From: Lachnospiraceae bacterium
GTDB lineage: Bacteria; Bacillota; Clostridia; Lachnospirales; Lachnospiraceae
Direction of reading: 5' to 3'
Assembly (NCBI GenBank): GCA_022790905.1
Contig: JAAVYC010000033.1
Span: 1 to 39,694, forward strand
Length of the DNA: 39,694 nucleotides
Part shown: in pieces, positions 38,737 through 39,694 of the stretch
Layout: every line of letters starts with the position of its first letter
Numbering within the stretch: position 1 is the stretch's first letter
The notes under the pieces: model-generated
Told to the model about the DNA's origin: nothing
Databases searched by the model: none
The model's input: only the letters and a program-made list of their open reading frames with translations
Made by a program: the position numbers and the translations under genes

Positions 38737-38762
38737 ACACTTTCTCTATTTCAGCATAAGAT
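38737..38762 (+). promoter_or_regulatory. sigK-type (mother-cell) promoter
   Basis: AC-N16-CATAAGAT about 30 nt upstream of the ATG at 38794. Confidence 0.55.
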
Positions 38763-38793
38763 GAAGTGTAATTAAAAATCTGGAGGACTTCAA

Positions 38794-39012
38794 ATGAGTG
38801 ATTTAGCAGCAACAAACTGTGGATGTGGATGTAACGATGAGGGAGGATGCAGCTCTATTATTTGGTTAATTATCTTATTATCTTGCTGTGGCTGCGGAAA
38901 CAGCGGTCTTTTCGGCGGCAATGGCTGTGATGGAAATAACAGCTGTATGTGGTTGATTTTACTGCTTCTCTTCTGCGGTGGTGGAAACGGATTTGGCAAT
39001 TGCTTCTGCTAA
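38794..39012 (+). CDS. Small Cys/Gly-rich protein (clostridial 'chorion class high-cysteine'-like; putative spore coat/exosporium protein)
   Basis: SD GGAGG; 72 aa with 12 Cys and 16 Gly; two WLI(I/L)LL..C repeats; sigK-like promoter. Confidence 0.72.
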   Translation: MSDLAATNCGCGCNDEGGCSSIIWLIILLSCCGCGNSGLFGGNGCDGNNSCMWLILLLLFCGGGNGFGNCFC

Positions 39013-39079
39013 ACTTCTACACATCTTTGCATGAAATGCAGCTTTCTTCTTAACAAAAAAGTAAAATGCTTTTTCTAAG

Positions 39080-39143
39080 AAGAACGGAGCGTTACAAAGT
39101 AGATGAGGAATCATCTATGGAGCAACGCTCCATTTCTTTTTTT
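39080..39143 (+). terminator. Terminator between the convergent Cys-rich gene and the AIM24 gene
   Basis: GGAGCGTT...AACGCTCC outer stem, TAGATGA/TCATCTA inner stem, then a T-rich tail. Confidence 0.7.
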
Positions 39144-39184
39144 ATCCGAGCCATAAATGACATCGCATTATTTCTCTTTCGCTA

Positions 39185-39694
39185 TCAGTCGATTCCCACT
39201 CTGATACCGCCACCGCGTTCAGACGGTTGAATCAACACTGAAACGGGATTATTCCCAGCCCATTCAAATGCATAAGTTTCCCCGGAATGTTGTCCGATAA
39301 AGTTCTTCCAGCTAATATCTGTTTTAATCTGTGGATCGCCGTATCCGTTTTGGCTAAACCAGCAAATGACAGCATCCGGATCCACTGAGAGCGTTTTTCC
39401 ATCCTGAATATTACTCAAAACTAATGGGTTTCCATCGGAAAGAAGCGCCACAAATGCATTATTTCCTTCTCCGGTAAGCGTTGATGTAAATAGTCCTTTT
39501 TGCGAGACTACACCCCTTCCAATAAAACGGGTACTGTATTTGCAATCCTGGGTAAATGCCAAAAGGTTCTCTGACTCTACGGAGACAGTCTCTCCAGGAC
39601 TCAATTTGTAAACGACAATATGTTGTCCCGCATTTGCATAATATGTAATGGAATCCCCAGACATTGTAACTTTCATCAATGGCAAGTTTTCACC
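39185..39694 (-). CDS. AIM24-family (TRAP-like fold) protein, 5' end outside the window
   Basis: Frame open to the window edge; L.PGETVSVESENLLAF, GLFTSTLTGEG, VDPDAVICW, IGQHSGET, VLIQPSE. Confidence 0.7.
   Translation of the reverse strand, partial: GENLPLMKVTMSGDSITYYANAGQHIVVYKLSPGETVSVESENLLAFTQDCKYSTRFIGRGVVSQKGLFTSTLTGEGNNAFVALLSDGNPLVLSNIQDGKTLSVDPDAVICWFSQNGYGDPQIKTDISWKNFIGQHSGETYAFEWAGNNPVSVLIQPSERGGGIRVGID

Noticed and set aside
221-38999. Numerous short plus-strand and alternate-frame ORFs in the track (e.g. 1631-2143, 11443-11982, 18719-19264, 38790-38999)
   Set aside because: Shadows of well-supported genes, with no recognisable motif.
38794-39012. Cys-rich peptide as a RiPP (SCIFF/ranthipeptide) precursor or metallothionein
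   Set aside because: No radical SAM enzyme, peptidase or exporter nearby; hydrophobic repeats and the sigK-like promoter fit a spore structural protein better.
1-39694. CRISPR arrays, tRNA/rRNA, prophage, transposases, defence islands
   Set aside because: No regularly spaced direct repeats, cloverleaf sequences or mobile/defence protein motifs were seen; intergenic gaps are short.

Overview
Chromosomal backbone segment of a spore-forming, low-GC Firmicute, most likely Lachnospiraceae (Clostridia), judged from gene content and synteny. It holds about 35 genes, all but two on the minus strand. Blocks, in direction of transcription: AIM24 (partial); an atypical receiver-domain gene-icd-ABC-F-rex-coiled-coil gene; nnr-alr-mazF (no antitoxin)-corC-yebC; metY-glgA; BirA-regulated bioY; tepA; uppP-ftsK-fhs-folD-TPR protein-rlmH; a divergent pair of secreted surface proteins (tandem single-Cys thioredoxin-fold/FN3 protein, and InlB-B-repeat/GH-A-like protein); pdp-yqfC-yqfD-phoH-pgpH-like-ybeY-DUF3048 lipoprotein-MurJ/SpoVB-like flippase-BofC-like; two coupled flavoproteins. 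I found no tRNA, rRNA, CRISPR array, integrase or transposase. Best oddities: (1) an intact MazF/NdoA toxin whose antitoxin slot is replaced by a forespore (sigF-type) promoter; (2) a PgpH-like membrane HD protein split by a 1-nt frameshift in a T6 run and lacking its metal ligands; (3) a secreted tandem redoxin with GPx-like CGYT motifs next to the rlmH 3' end; (4) an Asp-to-Glu pseudo-receiver heading the icd operon; (5) an apparently leaderless sigE-driven yqfC; (6) a sigK-type Cys/Gly-rich microprotein; (7) three intergenic palindromes sharing one core. All family calls come from motif recognition by eye; no database search was run.
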